From assembly GCA_913009635.1 (NCBI GenBank), contig CAJVXI010000002.1, positions 1 through 57,860 of the forward strand: 57,860 bases of DNA. The letters are read 5' to 3'. The translations under genes were made by a program, and so were the position numbers. Under the pieces are notes generated by a model. It saw only the letters and a list, made by a program, of their open reading frames with translations. It had not been told where the DNA came from and did no database searches. Position 1 is the first letter of the stretch, and the number at the start of each line of letters is the position of its first letter. Positions 48,636-57,757 of the stretch are shown here, in pieces. This DNA comes from an uncultured bacterium (GTDB lineage: Bacteria > Patescibacteriota > Minisyncoccia > UBA6257 > UBA9933).

Positions 48636-50588
48636 ATGGCAAAAATACTTGGTATTGACTTAGGTACAACGAATTCCGCAATGGCGGTTATTGAGGGAGG
48701 GGAGCCAAAGATTTTAGAAAATCATGAAGGCAATCGTACTACTCCTTCAATAGTTTCTATTAGTAAGGCCAATGAACGTTTGGTTGGACTTTTAGCTAAA
48801 CGTCAGTCAGTTGTTAATCCAAAAAACACGATTTCTTCAATCAAGCGTTTAATTGGCAGAAAATTCAGCGATAAGGAAGTTCAGCACGATAAGACTGTTC
48901 TACCTTTTGATTTGCAGGAATCAAAAACCGGAGGAGTGGAAATAAAGATGGGTGATAGGTGGTACAAACCCGAAGAAATTTCAGCAATGATATTGAGTAA
49001 GCTTAAAGCAGATGCCGAAGCAAAATTAGGAGAAAAAATTGAAGAAGTAGTAATAACAGTACCGGCTTATTTTGATGATTCTCAAAGGCAGGCGACCAAG
49101 AACGCTGGTGAAATTGCAGGGTTAAAAGTTCGTAGAATTATCAATGAACCAACCGCAGCTGCTTTGGCTTATGGATTAAACAAACAGAAGAACGAGAAAA
49201 TTGTTATTTATGATTTTGGTGGAGGAACTTTTGATATTTCAGTTTTAGAGGTTGGTGATGACGTTGTTGAAGTGAAATCAACTGGCGGAGACACTCATTT
49301 GGGAGGTGATGATTTTGATAAAAAAATTATTGAGTATTTAGTTGAAGAATATAAAAAACAAGAAGGCATTGATATTGGCAAAGATTCGTTAGCTTTACAA
49401 CGGCTCAAAGAAGGAGTTGAACGCGCAAAGCATGAGCTTTCAGCTACTCCTGAAACAGAAATTAATCTTCCTTATATTTCTTCTGACGCTTCCGGTCCTA
49501 AGCACTTTTTATTAAAATTAAGCAGGGCAAAATTGGAAGAATTAGTCAGAGCTGATATTGATAAATCAATTGAATTGGTTAAGAAAACAGTTTCTGAAGC
49601 TGGTTTAAAAATTTCAGATATTGATGAAATTGTTTTAGTTGGCGGACAGACAAGAATGCCGGCAATTCAGGAAGCGGTAAAAAATCTTTTTAACAAAGAA
49701 CCGCATAAAGGAATTAATCCGGATGAAGTTGTGGCAATGGGCGCTGCTATTCAGGCAGGAATTTTTCAGGGAGACGTTAAAGATGTTTTATTGTTGGATG
49801 TTATTCCATTATCATTTGGCATTGAAACTTTGGGAGGCGTATATACTTCTTTAATTGAGAAAAACACTACTGTTCCGACTGCAAAAACACAAGTTTTTTC
49901 TACGGCTGCTGACAATCAAACTTCTGTTGAGATTCATGTTCTTCAAGGTGAGCGTTCAATGGCTGTTGATAATAAAACTTTAGCAAGATTTATTCTTGGC
50001 GGTATTCCGCCGTCACAAAGAGGTATCCCTCAGGTTGAAGTGACTTTTGATATTGATGCTAACGGAATTCTTAATGTATCGGCAAAAGATAAAGCTACCG
50101 GCAAAAGCCAGTCAGTTAAAATTGAAGCATCTACTCAACTTTCCAAAGAAGAAGTTGAAAAACTAAAGCAAGAATCAGTGATTCATGCCGAAGAAGATAA
50201 AAAGAAGAAAGAGCTTGTTGAGGCGCGCAATCAGGCAGAGCAAATAGTTTACTTAGCTGAAAAGACATTAAAAGATGCTGGTGATAAAGTAACACAAGAC
50301 ATAAAGGATGCTGTTAATAAGAAAATAGAAGTATTAAAATCCGTTAAGGACGGAAATGACATTGAAGCTATAAAGTCAGCCTCTGCTGAACTTTCGGCTG
50401 AGCTTCAAAAAATTGGTCAAACAATGTACGGCCAGCAAGGAGAACAGCAAAACCAGCAACAAAATCCGCAAGAACCTCAAGAACCGCAAAGCGACAAACA
50501 ACAAAACGAAAATCCACAACAAGACGAAAAACAACAAGACGAAAAACAAGGAGACGAAAAACAAGGAGACGAAAATCAAAAATCTTAA
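48636..50588 (+). CDS. dnaK: molecular chaperone DnaK
   Basis: [25 protein letters not shown]. The C-terminal Q/E/K-rich tail contains 15-bp tandem repeats. Confidence 0.97.
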   Translation: MAKILGIDLGTTNSAMAVIEGGEPKILENHEGNRTTPSIVSISKANERLVGLLAKRQSVVNPKNTISSIKRLIGRKFSDKEVQHDKTVLPFDLQESKTGGVEIKMGDRWYKPEEISAMILSKLKADAEAKLGEKIEEVVITVPAYFDDSQRQATKNAGEIAGLKVRRIINEPTAAALAYGLNKQKNEKIVIYDFGGGTFDISVLEVGDDVVEVKSTGGDTHLGGDDFDKKIIEYLVEEYKKQEGIDIGKDSLALQRLKEGVERAKHELSATPETEINLPYISSDASGPKHFLLKLSRAKLEELVRADIDKSIELVKKTVSEAGLKISDIDEIVLVGGQTRMPAIQEAVKNLFNKEPHKGINPDEVVAMGAAIQAGIFQGDVKDVLLLDVIPLSFGIETLGGVYTSLIEKNTTVPTAKTQVFSTAADNQTSVEIHVLQGERSMAVDNKTLARFILGGIPPSQRGIPQVEVTFDIDANGILNVSAKDKATGKSQSVKIEASTQLSKEEVEKLKQESVIHAEEDKKKKELVEARNQAEQIVYLAEKTLKDAGDKVTQDIKDAVNKKIEVLKSVKDGNDIEAIKSASAELSAELQKIGQTMYGQQGEQQNQQQNPQEPQEPQSDKQQNENPQQDEKQQDEKQGDEKQGDENQKS

Positions 50589-50615
50589 ACGAATATCAAG
50601 CAAATTGTTTATTTT

Positions 50616-50650
50616 AAGGGGAAGATTTCTAATCTTCCCTTTATTTTTTA
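50616..50650 (+). terminator. rho-independent terminator after dnaK
   Basis: aaggggaagatt-tct-aatcttcccttt followed by a T-run. Confidence 0.8.
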
Positions 50651-50691
50651 TTTATAGTATATTTAATTTAATAAATTAGAAATTTAAGTAT

Positions 50692-51714
50692 ATGGAATCT
50701 TTACTTGATAAAGTTTCTCTCGATGAAGCTGAAGTTGATAGGTCAAAAATTAAAATTGGTATTTTAGCCGGACTTGGCGTAATTTCGTTTTTCTTGTTCG
50801 GATTTTTTCTAAAGCTGTTTATTCTTGAAAACGCGTCTAATTCTTTTATTTTTTTGAGTGCGGCGGCTGTCGTGTTTTTAATCATTTTTCTTCTACAAAT
50901 ATTATTTATTAAAACTTTATGGCGGGTTAATTTTATAATCTTTTTAGAGGTTATTGGATTAACAGCTGGATTTTACGATAAAATCTCTTTTACATTATTA
51001 ATTACTTCTTTGATTGTCTTTCTTGTTTTAATGTGGGCGAGTTATAATGGACGTCGGGAATTTCATAATATGCTGAAAATGAGATTTTTCCGAATTAGTA
51101 AAATCGTTTTTCCTAAGGCAATTATGGGGTTGGCTTTATTCGCCAGTGTTATTTATTATAGTTTATCTGGACTTGGCGCTTATGCCGAAGACCCTGAACT
51201 TGTCGAAGGGTTTTTTATTCCTCAGTCAACATTCGAAAAAATTATTTCACCGGCAGCTAACATTATTAATAAATTAAATATCTTACCAGAATTTGATTTT
51301 TCTGCGTCAATTGGAGATTTGGTAAAAAATATGGCCCAAGAGCAAATTAACGAAAGTCCGCAGCTTCAAATGTTGCCTGAGGCAGTAAAAGAACAAATGA
51401 TAGTTAAGGCGATAAAAAAAATTGAAATACAAATTTCTGATTTTTTGGGAATGCCAATAAAATCTGAGGCAAAAATTAGCGCTACGCTTTATAATGTTAT
51501 GGTTGATAAATTTTCTGGATTACCAAAAAATATAAAAAGCGCTATTTTAATTGGAATAGCGGTAATTATTTTCCTAACTATTGAAGGAATTGCCTGGCCG
51601 ATTCGTTGGGTAATTGCTGTTTTCGCATGGCTAATTTATGAACTTTTATTAGCGGCTGGATTTGCAAATATTGTTTTAGAGGGCAAAAGTCGGGAACTGA
51701 TTATACTTAAGTAA
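50692..51714 (+). CDS. hypothetical multi-pass membrane protein inside the dnaK-dnaJ locus
   Basis: Several hydrophobic helices. No recognisable motif. Confidence 0.55.
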   Translation: MESLLDKVSLDEAEVDRSKIKIGILAGLGVISFFLFGFFLKLFILENASNSFIFLSAAAVVFLIIFLLQILFIKTLWRVNFIIFLEVIGLTAGFYDKISFTLLITSLIVFLVLMWASYNGRREFHNMLKMRFFRISKIVFPKAIMGLALFASVIYYSLSGLGAYAEDPELVEGFFIPQSTFEKIISPAANIINKLNILPEFDFSASIGDLVKNMAQEQINESPQLQMLPEAVKEQMIVKAIKKIEIQISDFLGMPIKSEAKISATLYNVMVDKFSGLPKNIKSAILIGIAVIIFLTIEGIAWPIRWVIAVFAWLIYELLLAAGFANIVLEGKSRELIILK

Positions 51715-51821
51715 TTAAAGGATTTAGAATATGGTATTTTTCATTTGAGGCGGATTCGTTTTTGGTGGAAGAATTTAGGGAAAGTTAGCAGTTTAAAAAT
51801 TAAAAAAAGGGGGTAAGTACT

Positions 51822-52034
51822 ATGAAAGAGTCAGCTTTATTAGAAAAGGCGTACAATGCGAGTGAATTAACGCCAGTTGATTGCGATTTGCCGGTTTCTG
51901 AACGTAGCGTACACTGTAACGCGCATAGCGTAAATTGTATGTCGTGCACATTTCAACGAGGCGCTGTTCAAGCTAGTGGAGGAGACGAAGGAATAATAGC
52001 AGCTTTTAGTTTTGGAGGGGTTATCTCTTTGTAA
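51822..52034 (+). CDS. small Cys-containing protein (70 aa), function unknown
   Basis: RBS aaagggggtaag, four Cys (CDL...HCNAHSVNCMSC), own terminator. Locally more GC-rich than its neighbours. Confidence 0.45.
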   Translation: MKESALLEKAYNASELTPVDCDLPVSERSVHCNAHSVNCMSCTFQRGAVQASGGDEGIIAAFSFGGVISL

Positions 52035-52043
52035 GCTCGTTCA

Positions 52044-52081
52044 AGCCTGGTATGAATCTATTATACTGGGCTTGTTTTTTT
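52044..52081 (+). terminator. rho-independent terminator
   Basis: agcctggtat-N9-atactgggct (two G-U pairs) followed by tgttttttt. Confidence 0.7.
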
Positions 52082-52109
52082 ATAAAAAAATTGATAAAAT
52101 ATAAAATAT

Positions 52110-53213
52110 ATGGATTATTATAAAATTCTTGGCATTAATAAAAGCGCTTCAGAGAGTGAAATTAAAAAAGCTTATAGGCAGTTAGCTCATAAATATCATC
52201 CCGATAAGAATGAAGGTGATGATAAAAAATTTAAGGAGATTAACGAAGCGTATCAGATTTTATCCAATAAAGAGAAAAGAGCTCAATATGACCGTTTTGG
52301 CAGAGTTTTTTCCGCCGGAGAAAATCCTTTTGGCGGTTTTTCCGCAGGTGGCGCTTCGCCTTTTGGAGGGCAGGGATCAGCATCGGGCTGGGACCCAAGA
52401 ATGTTTGATGGTTCGGATTTAGGCGACATATTTGATGTTTTTTTTGAAGGTTTAGGATTTAAATCAAAGCGTCGTACTTATCAACGGGGCTCTGATATTG
52501 AAATGATTCAGGAAATTGATTTAGAAGACGCGTTTAACGGCACTGAAAAAAATATTAAATATAAAGTTGCTGTTCGTTGTCAGAAATGTAATGGTTTGGG
52601 CTATGATGAAAAATCTAAATTTAATCAGTGTTTAAACTGTAATGGACAAGGTGAGATAAAAGAAATGCGTAATACTTTTTTCGGAAGTTTTGTTCAGGTT
52701 AGAAAATGTAATAAATGTTTCGGCAACGGTCAGATTCCGGATAAGGTTTGCGATAATTGTCGCGGCATTGGGAAAATTAATGGAGAAAAGCGCGTAAATT
52801 TAAAAATTCTTAAAGGCATTGGAGATGGTCAAATTATTAAAATCAAAGGAGCCGGCGAATTCGGCGAAAGAGGAGTTGGTGAAGGAGATTTATACGTAAG
52901 GATAAGAATAAAGCCGCATCCTGTTTTTGAACGTCGTGACAATAATCTCCATATTAAAAAAGAAATAAATATTATTGATGTTTTATTGGGAAAGAAAATA
53001 GAAATTCCAACAATTTCCGGTACTAAAATTAAGTTTGAGATTCCAGCTGGATTTGATTTAAAGCAAGATTTAATAATTCATGGATATGGAATGTCTAGTT
53101 TTAATGGTTTTGGTCGTGGTAATTTAATCGTGGAATTTAAAATTAGAACTCCGAAGAAGCTTAGCGGCAAAGCAAAGAAAATTTTAGAAGAGTTAGATGA
53201 AGAAATGAAATAA
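52110..53213 (+). CDS. dnaJ: molecular chaperone DnaJ
   Basis: J domain [32 protein letters not shown], a G/F region, and four CxxCxGxG zinc repeats. Confidence 0.96.
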   Translation: MDYYKILGINKSASESEIKKAYRQLAHKYHPDKNEGDDKKFKEINEAYQILSNKEKRAQYDRFGRVFSAGENPFGGFSAGGASPFGGQGSASGWDPRMFDGSDLGDIFDVFFEGLGFKSKRRTYQRGSDIEMIQEIDLEDAFNGTEKNIKYKVAVRCQKCNGLGYDEKSKFNQCLNCNGQGEIKEMRNTFFGSFVQVRKCNKCFGNGQIPDKVCDNCRGIGKINGEKRVNLKILKGIGDGQIIKIKGAGEFGERGVGEGDLYVRIRIKPHPVFERRDNNLHIKKEINIIDVLLGKKIEIPTISGTKIKFEIPAGFDLKQDLIIHGYGMSSFNGFGRGNLIVEFKIRTPKKLSGKAKKILEELDEEMK

Positions 53214-53246
53214 TAAAAAATTAAATGCGTTTGCGGCAACGCGATT

Positions 53247-53276
53247 AAAATCCGACCAAAGTGGTCGGATTTTTTA
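53247..53276. terminator. bidirectional terminator between dnaJ and rarA
   Basis: aaaatccgacc-aaagt-ggtcggatttt. Confidence 0.8.
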
Positions 53277-53281
53277 TTTGG

Positions 53282-54412
53282 TTATTTCTTTAAATATTTT
53301 TTACTTTTTAATTTGTCCGGCAGATAGGATTCTTTGGAGTATTTTTCATATCCTTTGCCGTAGTTTAATTCTTTCATCAGTTTTGTTTCCGGATTTCGCA
53401 GATTTAAGGGGACAGGCAAGTTCCCGAATTTTTTTACGTCTGCCATTGCTTCCATGTAGGCCTCGTAGGCGCTTCTGTCTTTTTTGCACTGGCATAAATA
53501 AGTTACTCCGTGCGCCAAATTAATGCCGCATTCAGGCAATCCGATTGTTTCCACTGCTCTAAAAACATCATTTGCCACTACTAAGGCTGTTGGTTTAGCC
53601 AAGCCAATATCTTCCGAAGCGAAAACAACCATTCTTCTGGCTATAAATTTTGGGTCTTCTCCCGCGTCAATCATCCGCGCTAAATAATATAAAGCAGCGT
53701 CCGGCTGGCTGGCTCTCATACTTTTAATAAAAGCAGAAATAGTGTTGTAATGTTCCTCTCCAGCTTTGTCGTATCTTAAAAATTTTGACTGAAGAGCGTT
53801 TTTTAAATTCTCTATCGTGATTTTTTTGTAGAGTTTGTTCGTATCTTCCAGTATGGTTATTGCCTGTCTAGCATCGCCGTTAGCCATACTAATCAGCCAA
53901 TCTTCCGCTTTTTTATCCATTTTCAATCCAGTTCTTTTAATAATAGCTTTCATATTTTCTTCTGAAAGTTCATTTAAAACAAAAACTCGGCAGCGTGAAA
54001 GTAAAGCTGATATAATTTCAAAACTCGGATTTTCTGTTGTGGCTCCAATTAAAATCATTTCTCCTCTCTCAACGTAGGGGAGCAGAAAGTCCTGCTGTGA
54101 TTTGTTAAAGCGATGGATTTCGTCCAAAAATAAAACTTTAGGAATGCCTCCTGAATCTTCATCTAATATTTTTCTAATATCCGCCTTTCCGGCTGAAACA
54201 GCGGATAATTCGTAAATTTTCGCGTTCAAACTGTTGGCGTATATTTTAGCCAAAGTTGTTTTTCCGCTTCCCGGCGGTCCCCAAAAAATAAAAGAAAACA
54301 AATGTTTTTGTTTTATGGCGATATTAAAGGGTTTTCTTTCGCCAACAAGATGTTCTTGTCCGATAAATTCTTTCAGGGTTTTAGGTCTGATTTTTGACGC
54401 TAATGGTTCCAT
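53282..54412 (-). CDS. rarA: replication-associated recombination protein A (RarA/MgsA AAA+ ATPase)
   Basis: RPKTLKEFIGQEHLVG, Walker A GPPGSGKTT, LFLDEIHRFNKSQQD, ARRMVVFASEDIG. Confidence 0.92.
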   Translation of the reverse strand: MEPLASKIRPKTLKEFIGQEHLVGERKPFNIAIKQKHLFSFIFWGPPGSGKTTLAKIYANSLNAKIYELSAVSAGKADIRKILDEDSGGIPKVLFLDEIHRFNKSQQDFLLPYVERGEMILIGATTENPSFEIISALLSRCRVFVLNELSEENMKAIIKRTGLKMDKKAEDWLISMANGDARQAITILEDTNKLYKKITIENLKNALQSKFLRYDKAGEEHYNTISAFIKSMRASQPDAALYYLARMIDAGEDPKFIARRMVVFASEDIGLAKPTALVVANDVFRAVETIGLPECGINLAHGVTYLCQCKKDRSAYEAYMEAMADVKKFGNLPVPLNLRNPETKLMKELNYGKGYEKYSKESYLPDKLKSKKYLKK

Positions 54413-54431
54413 ATAGCCATATTATACCAAA

Positions 54432-54465
54432 AAATAAACGGTTCACATATATGAACCGTTTATTT
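54432..54465. terminator. bidirectional hairpin terminator
   Basis: aaataaacggttca-catatatg-tgaaccgtttattt type palindrome flanked by A/T runs. Confidence 0.7.
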
Positions 54466-54535
54466 TATTATAAGCTCCGAACTCTGAACGAAATCCGAAC
54501 TTTTTTTAAGGAAAATCTGGACTCTGAATTTTGAT

Positions 54536-54768
54536 GCCCCGCCGCCGCTCGCTGACGCTCAGCTGCCAAGCAGAAAAGTTTTCTTTACATTTTTTGATTT
54601 CGCGCGTCCCTAAAAATTTTCTCAATTAAGGAAAAGAAAACTTTTCTGCTTGGCTATGTTCTGACGAACAGGCGGCGGGGCTTTCACATTCGGACGGCTC
54701 GGCATTCCTCCCCCAGACCCCCTCCTTCCGCCGAGCCCTCGCTTGGGATAGCGAATTTTGGCGGGGCT
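54536..54768 (-). other. GC-rich nested inverted-repeat region in the 3' tail of the TIR operon (candidate structured RNA)
   Basis: Outer arms gccccgccgcc/ggcggcggggc, inner 19-bp perfect arms gccaagcagaaaagttttc/gaaaacttttctgcttggc, side hairpins gctga-cgc-tcagc and gttc-tgac-gaac. A second hairpin ggctcggc/gccgagcc has a 26-nt C-rich loop. Direct repeat ggcggggct. Confidence 0.5.
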
Positions 54769-54801
54769 ATAAAATCAAGTATAGAAAGCAATTTATAGAT
54801 T

Positions 54802-55095
54802 TTATACCAACCTCTTTTTTCCTTTGTATAATTTCATCTTACGTTTTTTACCATACTGCAAAGCGGGACCAGTAAAGCCGCTTTTACTGATGAATTTTGT
54901 TACACCTTTTCTACGTGCTTTTACAACTTCGGGTCGTGGAACAGGCCTTTGCCAACTTTTCATTTCTAATTTCTGATTACCTTTCTTTGCGTCAGGATTG
55001 CCTGGGCCACCAATACGCTTTGCTCCATGATCTCTTGCTTTTTTCTTTTCGTAGGATGTACCCCGCTTTTGAGGATATCCTTTTTTATTCTTCAT
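54802..55095 (-). CDS. small basic PD-(D/E)xK-like nuclease (Hjc/VRR-NUC-like), 97 aa
   Basis: RGTSYEKKK ... GGPGNPDAKKGNQKLEMKSW matches the E ... PD ... E-x-K pattern. ATG at 55095 is preferred over the TTG at 55179. Confidence 0.45.
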   Translation of the reverse strand: MKNKKGYPQKRGTSYEKKKARDHGAKRIGGPGNPDAKKGNQKLEMKSWQRPVPRPEVVKARRKGVTKFISKSGFTGPALQYGKKRKMKLYKGKKRLV

Positions 55096-55124
55096 AGTTT
55101 TAATTATATCTATATTATTATTAA

Positions 55125-55751
55125 TTATTTTTGGTAATGCATAAAAAGAGTGTAAAGAACGATTGAAACCAAAATACAAAGTGCGATTATGGTATTAAGT
55201 ATAAGGAAAACAGAAACCGCGGAAAAAGAGTTCATCCATTCACTTATAATTTTTACTAAAACAACGACTGCCAAAAGAGAGGGAAATATAACCATATATA
55301 ATATCCATATCCAATCTGAAAATTTTGGATACTTTTTCAGATAAGATTTACCCTCTCTTGTGAAAGTTATTCCATCGTCAAATTTGCTATGTAGCTCTTT
55401 TTCTAGACGGTGGATATATGTATATTGTCGCTCAATATAAACGACTACTTGTGTATATCGTACTATTGTAACCAATAACGCAAACCAAATGATACTACCA
55501 AGAAAACTTCCATTAACACTTACTGATAACCCTAACTTCTGCGCGGATATTTGAGAAAACGTTGTTATGGCATCCGCGGGCCAAAACGTATACAACGCCA
55601 CAAATGCCAACACCAAAAGAATTAAAGCCGTTAACTTATCGCGAAGACTAATTGACTCTTTTATGTTCGCAAAAGTGTCGTTGTAATGTTTATGCAAGGC
55701 AATAAATTTTGTATCAGTGGATACGTCTGTCATATTAGTTTTTAGGGGCAC
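55125..55751 (-). CDS. 4-TM membrane protein, candidate effector of the TIR module
   Basis: Four hydrophobic helices (aa ~40-58, 83-105, 145-170, 177-203). The GTG start overlaps the TIR gene by 17 nt; the alternative ATG at 55733 abuts its stop. Confidence 0.6.
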   Translation of the reverse strand: MPLKTNMTDVSTDTKFIALHKHYNDTFANIKESISLRDKLTALILLVLAFVALYTFWPADAITTFSQISAQKLGLSVSVNGSFLGSIIWFALLVTIVRYTQVVVYIERQYTYIHRLEKELHSKFDDGITFTREGKSYLKKYPKFSDWIWILYMVIFPSLLAVVVLVKIISEWMNSFSAVSVFLILNTIIALCILVSIVLYTLFMHYQK

Positions 55752-56172
55752 GATCTAAAACATCAATGATGTTATCTTCGGTATATCCTTCAACGATGGA
55801 GTACTTGCCCTCGAAAATTTCTTTTGGGAGTGAATAACTCTTTTCAAGTCGTACCGCGGCAAGTCTATTTCCATCTTCAATGCTTTTAGCTACCTCGAAG
55901 TTAATCCAATTTCGGTATCCAATTAACTCGTGGTCTTTATGTTGTTTATTTGTCTCTTTACCAACAATTATTAGAGTATGTGTTGCTTCGCGGATTTTTT
56001 TCCTAAGCCCCGCTTTAATTGAACCAATATTTTCGCTATTGATTTCAGTAGGAGTTTTATCGCTAAAAACAAAATCAAATTCGTCATTAGCATCCCACGC
56101 TTCCAATAAATACTTGTAATGTTTATCGTTCTCGTAGTCAAAACTCACGAAAACTTTCTTTTTATCTGCCAT
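55735..56172 (-). CDS. ThsB-like TIR-domain protein (DUF1863/MTH538 TIR-like type)
   Basis: KKVFVSFDYENDKHYKYLLEAW, SIKAGLRKKIREATHTLIIVGKETN, and NWINFEVAKSIE with a candidate catalytic Glu. Confidence 0.7.
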   Translation of the reverse strand: MADKKKVFVSFDYENDKHYKYLLEAWDANDEFDFVFSDKTPTEINSENIGSIKAGLRKKIREATHTLIIVGKETNKQHKDHELIGYRNWINFEVAKSIEDGNRLAAVRLEKSYSLPKEIFEGKYSIVEGYTEDNIIDVLDRAPKN

Positions 56173-56338
56173 AGCTTTTAATAGTTAATTAATAATTATC
56201 CTATCGACGTCATGGTTTAGAAAACCATCAGGATGCCTTAATTTTACAGCAATTTGATTACTCTTGTCAACTCGTCAAGTGTTAATGCCCTGTGGATAAC
56301 TTTTTGCGTTTTCTTGACAGGTGTCTTATAATAAAAAT

Positions 56339-56965
56339 ATGCACAGCATTCAAGAAAAATTAATAAAACTAATCAATAGTAAAAACATAGACAATCTTAC
56401 TCTCCGACAAATTGGAGAACTGATAGGAGAAAATCTGCCTCAAAAAATAAAACATCATCTTTCTCAACTTGAATGCAAAGGGTTTATTTTAATTGATAAA
56501 AAAAATAAAAAGATCAGCCGAATTAATAATCAAAGAGGGATCGGTGAACTCTTTGTTTCCATACCGATCGTCGGTTCTGCCAATTGTGGGCCAGCAAATA
56601 TTTACGCAGATGAAAATATTACCGGACACCTTAAAGTATCTAAAAAACTTGTTCCTCGTGGGAAAAAATTATTTATCCTACGAGCTGAAGGAAATTCCAT
56701 GAACAAAGCTAATATTAAAAATGGTAAAAGTATTGAAGACGGAGATTTTGTAATCGTTGATGCCGATCAAATAAGCCCTGAATCTGGCCAATATGTCGTC
56801 TCTGTGATTGATGGAATGGCGAATATTAAGAAATTTATTTTAGACAGAGAAAATAAAAGAGTAATTCTTAAATCCGAATCAACACAGGATTACCTCCCCA
56901 TATTCATTCATGAAGACGATCAATACAAAGTTAGCGGAAGAGTTATTGACGTAATTAAAAAGTAG
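56339..56965 (+). CDS. LexA/CI-like repressor (wHTH + S24 peptidase)
   Basis: N-terminal LTLRQIGELIG HTH. S24 catalytic Ser in EGNSM and Lys in ANIKKF. ATG at 56339 is preferred over the GTG at 56321. Confidence 0.75.
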   Translation: MHSIQEKLIKLINSKNIDNLTLRQIGELIGENLPQKIKHHLSQLECKGFILIDKKNKKISRINNQRGIGELFVSIPIVGSANCGPANIYADENITGHLKVSKKLVPRGKKLFILRAEGNSMNKANIKNGKSIEDGDFVIVDADQISPESGQYVVSVIDGMANIKKFILDRENKRVILKSESTQDYLPIFIHEDDQYKVSGRVIDVIKK

Positions 56966-56995
56966 ATATAATTTTGTTATAATAAAAGTAATATT

Positions 56996-57757
56996 ATGGG
57001 TAGTTTATCAATACAACAAAAAATAAAAAAATCTAGAAAATCAAATCTAGACGATTTACCATTGAATGAGATTTTACATGGCGACGCGGTGGAAATGTTA
57101 AAAACTTTACCGAGTAATTCTATTGACCTTATTGTAACATCCCCCCCTTACGATGAAGTACGAAATTATAATGGTAATTATAATTTTGATCTTCATGCCA
57201 CAGGAGAACAAATAAAACGCGTCCTAAAAGATGGCGGTATAGCAGTGATGGTAATTCAAGATCAGACAAAAAATTTTGCAAAGACTCTTACATCGTTTAG
57301 AACAATTGTCGATTGGGTAGATAAAATTGGGCTACGCCTCTTTGAAACGGTTATTTATAGAAAACATGGCACAGAAGGAGCTTGGTGGAAACATAGATTT
57401 AGAGTTGACCACGAATATATACCAATTTTCCTCAATGGAGATAGACCACAATATTTTAATAAAGAATCACTAAAGATTCCTTCAAAACATGGAGGAAAAA
57501 TTATGACTGGAAGTGGAAATAGAAGAACAGATGGCTCCACAACAAAAACTGTAACTCGGCCTATCAACCTAATGAAATGCAGGGGTACTGTTTGGAATTA
57601 CTTAATGGCCGGAGACAAGGACCCCTTAAAAAGACAACATCCTGCTGTGTTCCCCGACCAAATTCCTTATGATTTTATTCAATGCTTTTGTCCACCAGGA
57701 GGCGTTGTTCTTGACCCCTTTGGCGGCTGCGGATCCACTGCTGTAGCAGCAAAGCAA
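56996..57757 (+). CDS. beta-class N4-cytosine/N6-adenine DNA methyltransferase, 3' end lost to adapter sequence
   Basis: Motif IV DLIVTSPPYD comes before motif I VLDPFGGCGSTAVAA. The ORF-track C-terminus DRKSTRLNSSHIPLSRMPSSA is translated adapter. Confidence 0.8.

Noticed and set aside
50376-50679. ORFs 50376..50603 (-) and 50413..50679 (+).
   Set aside because: These are alternative-frame readings of the low-complexity Q/E/K repeat at the dnaK 3' end and its terminator.
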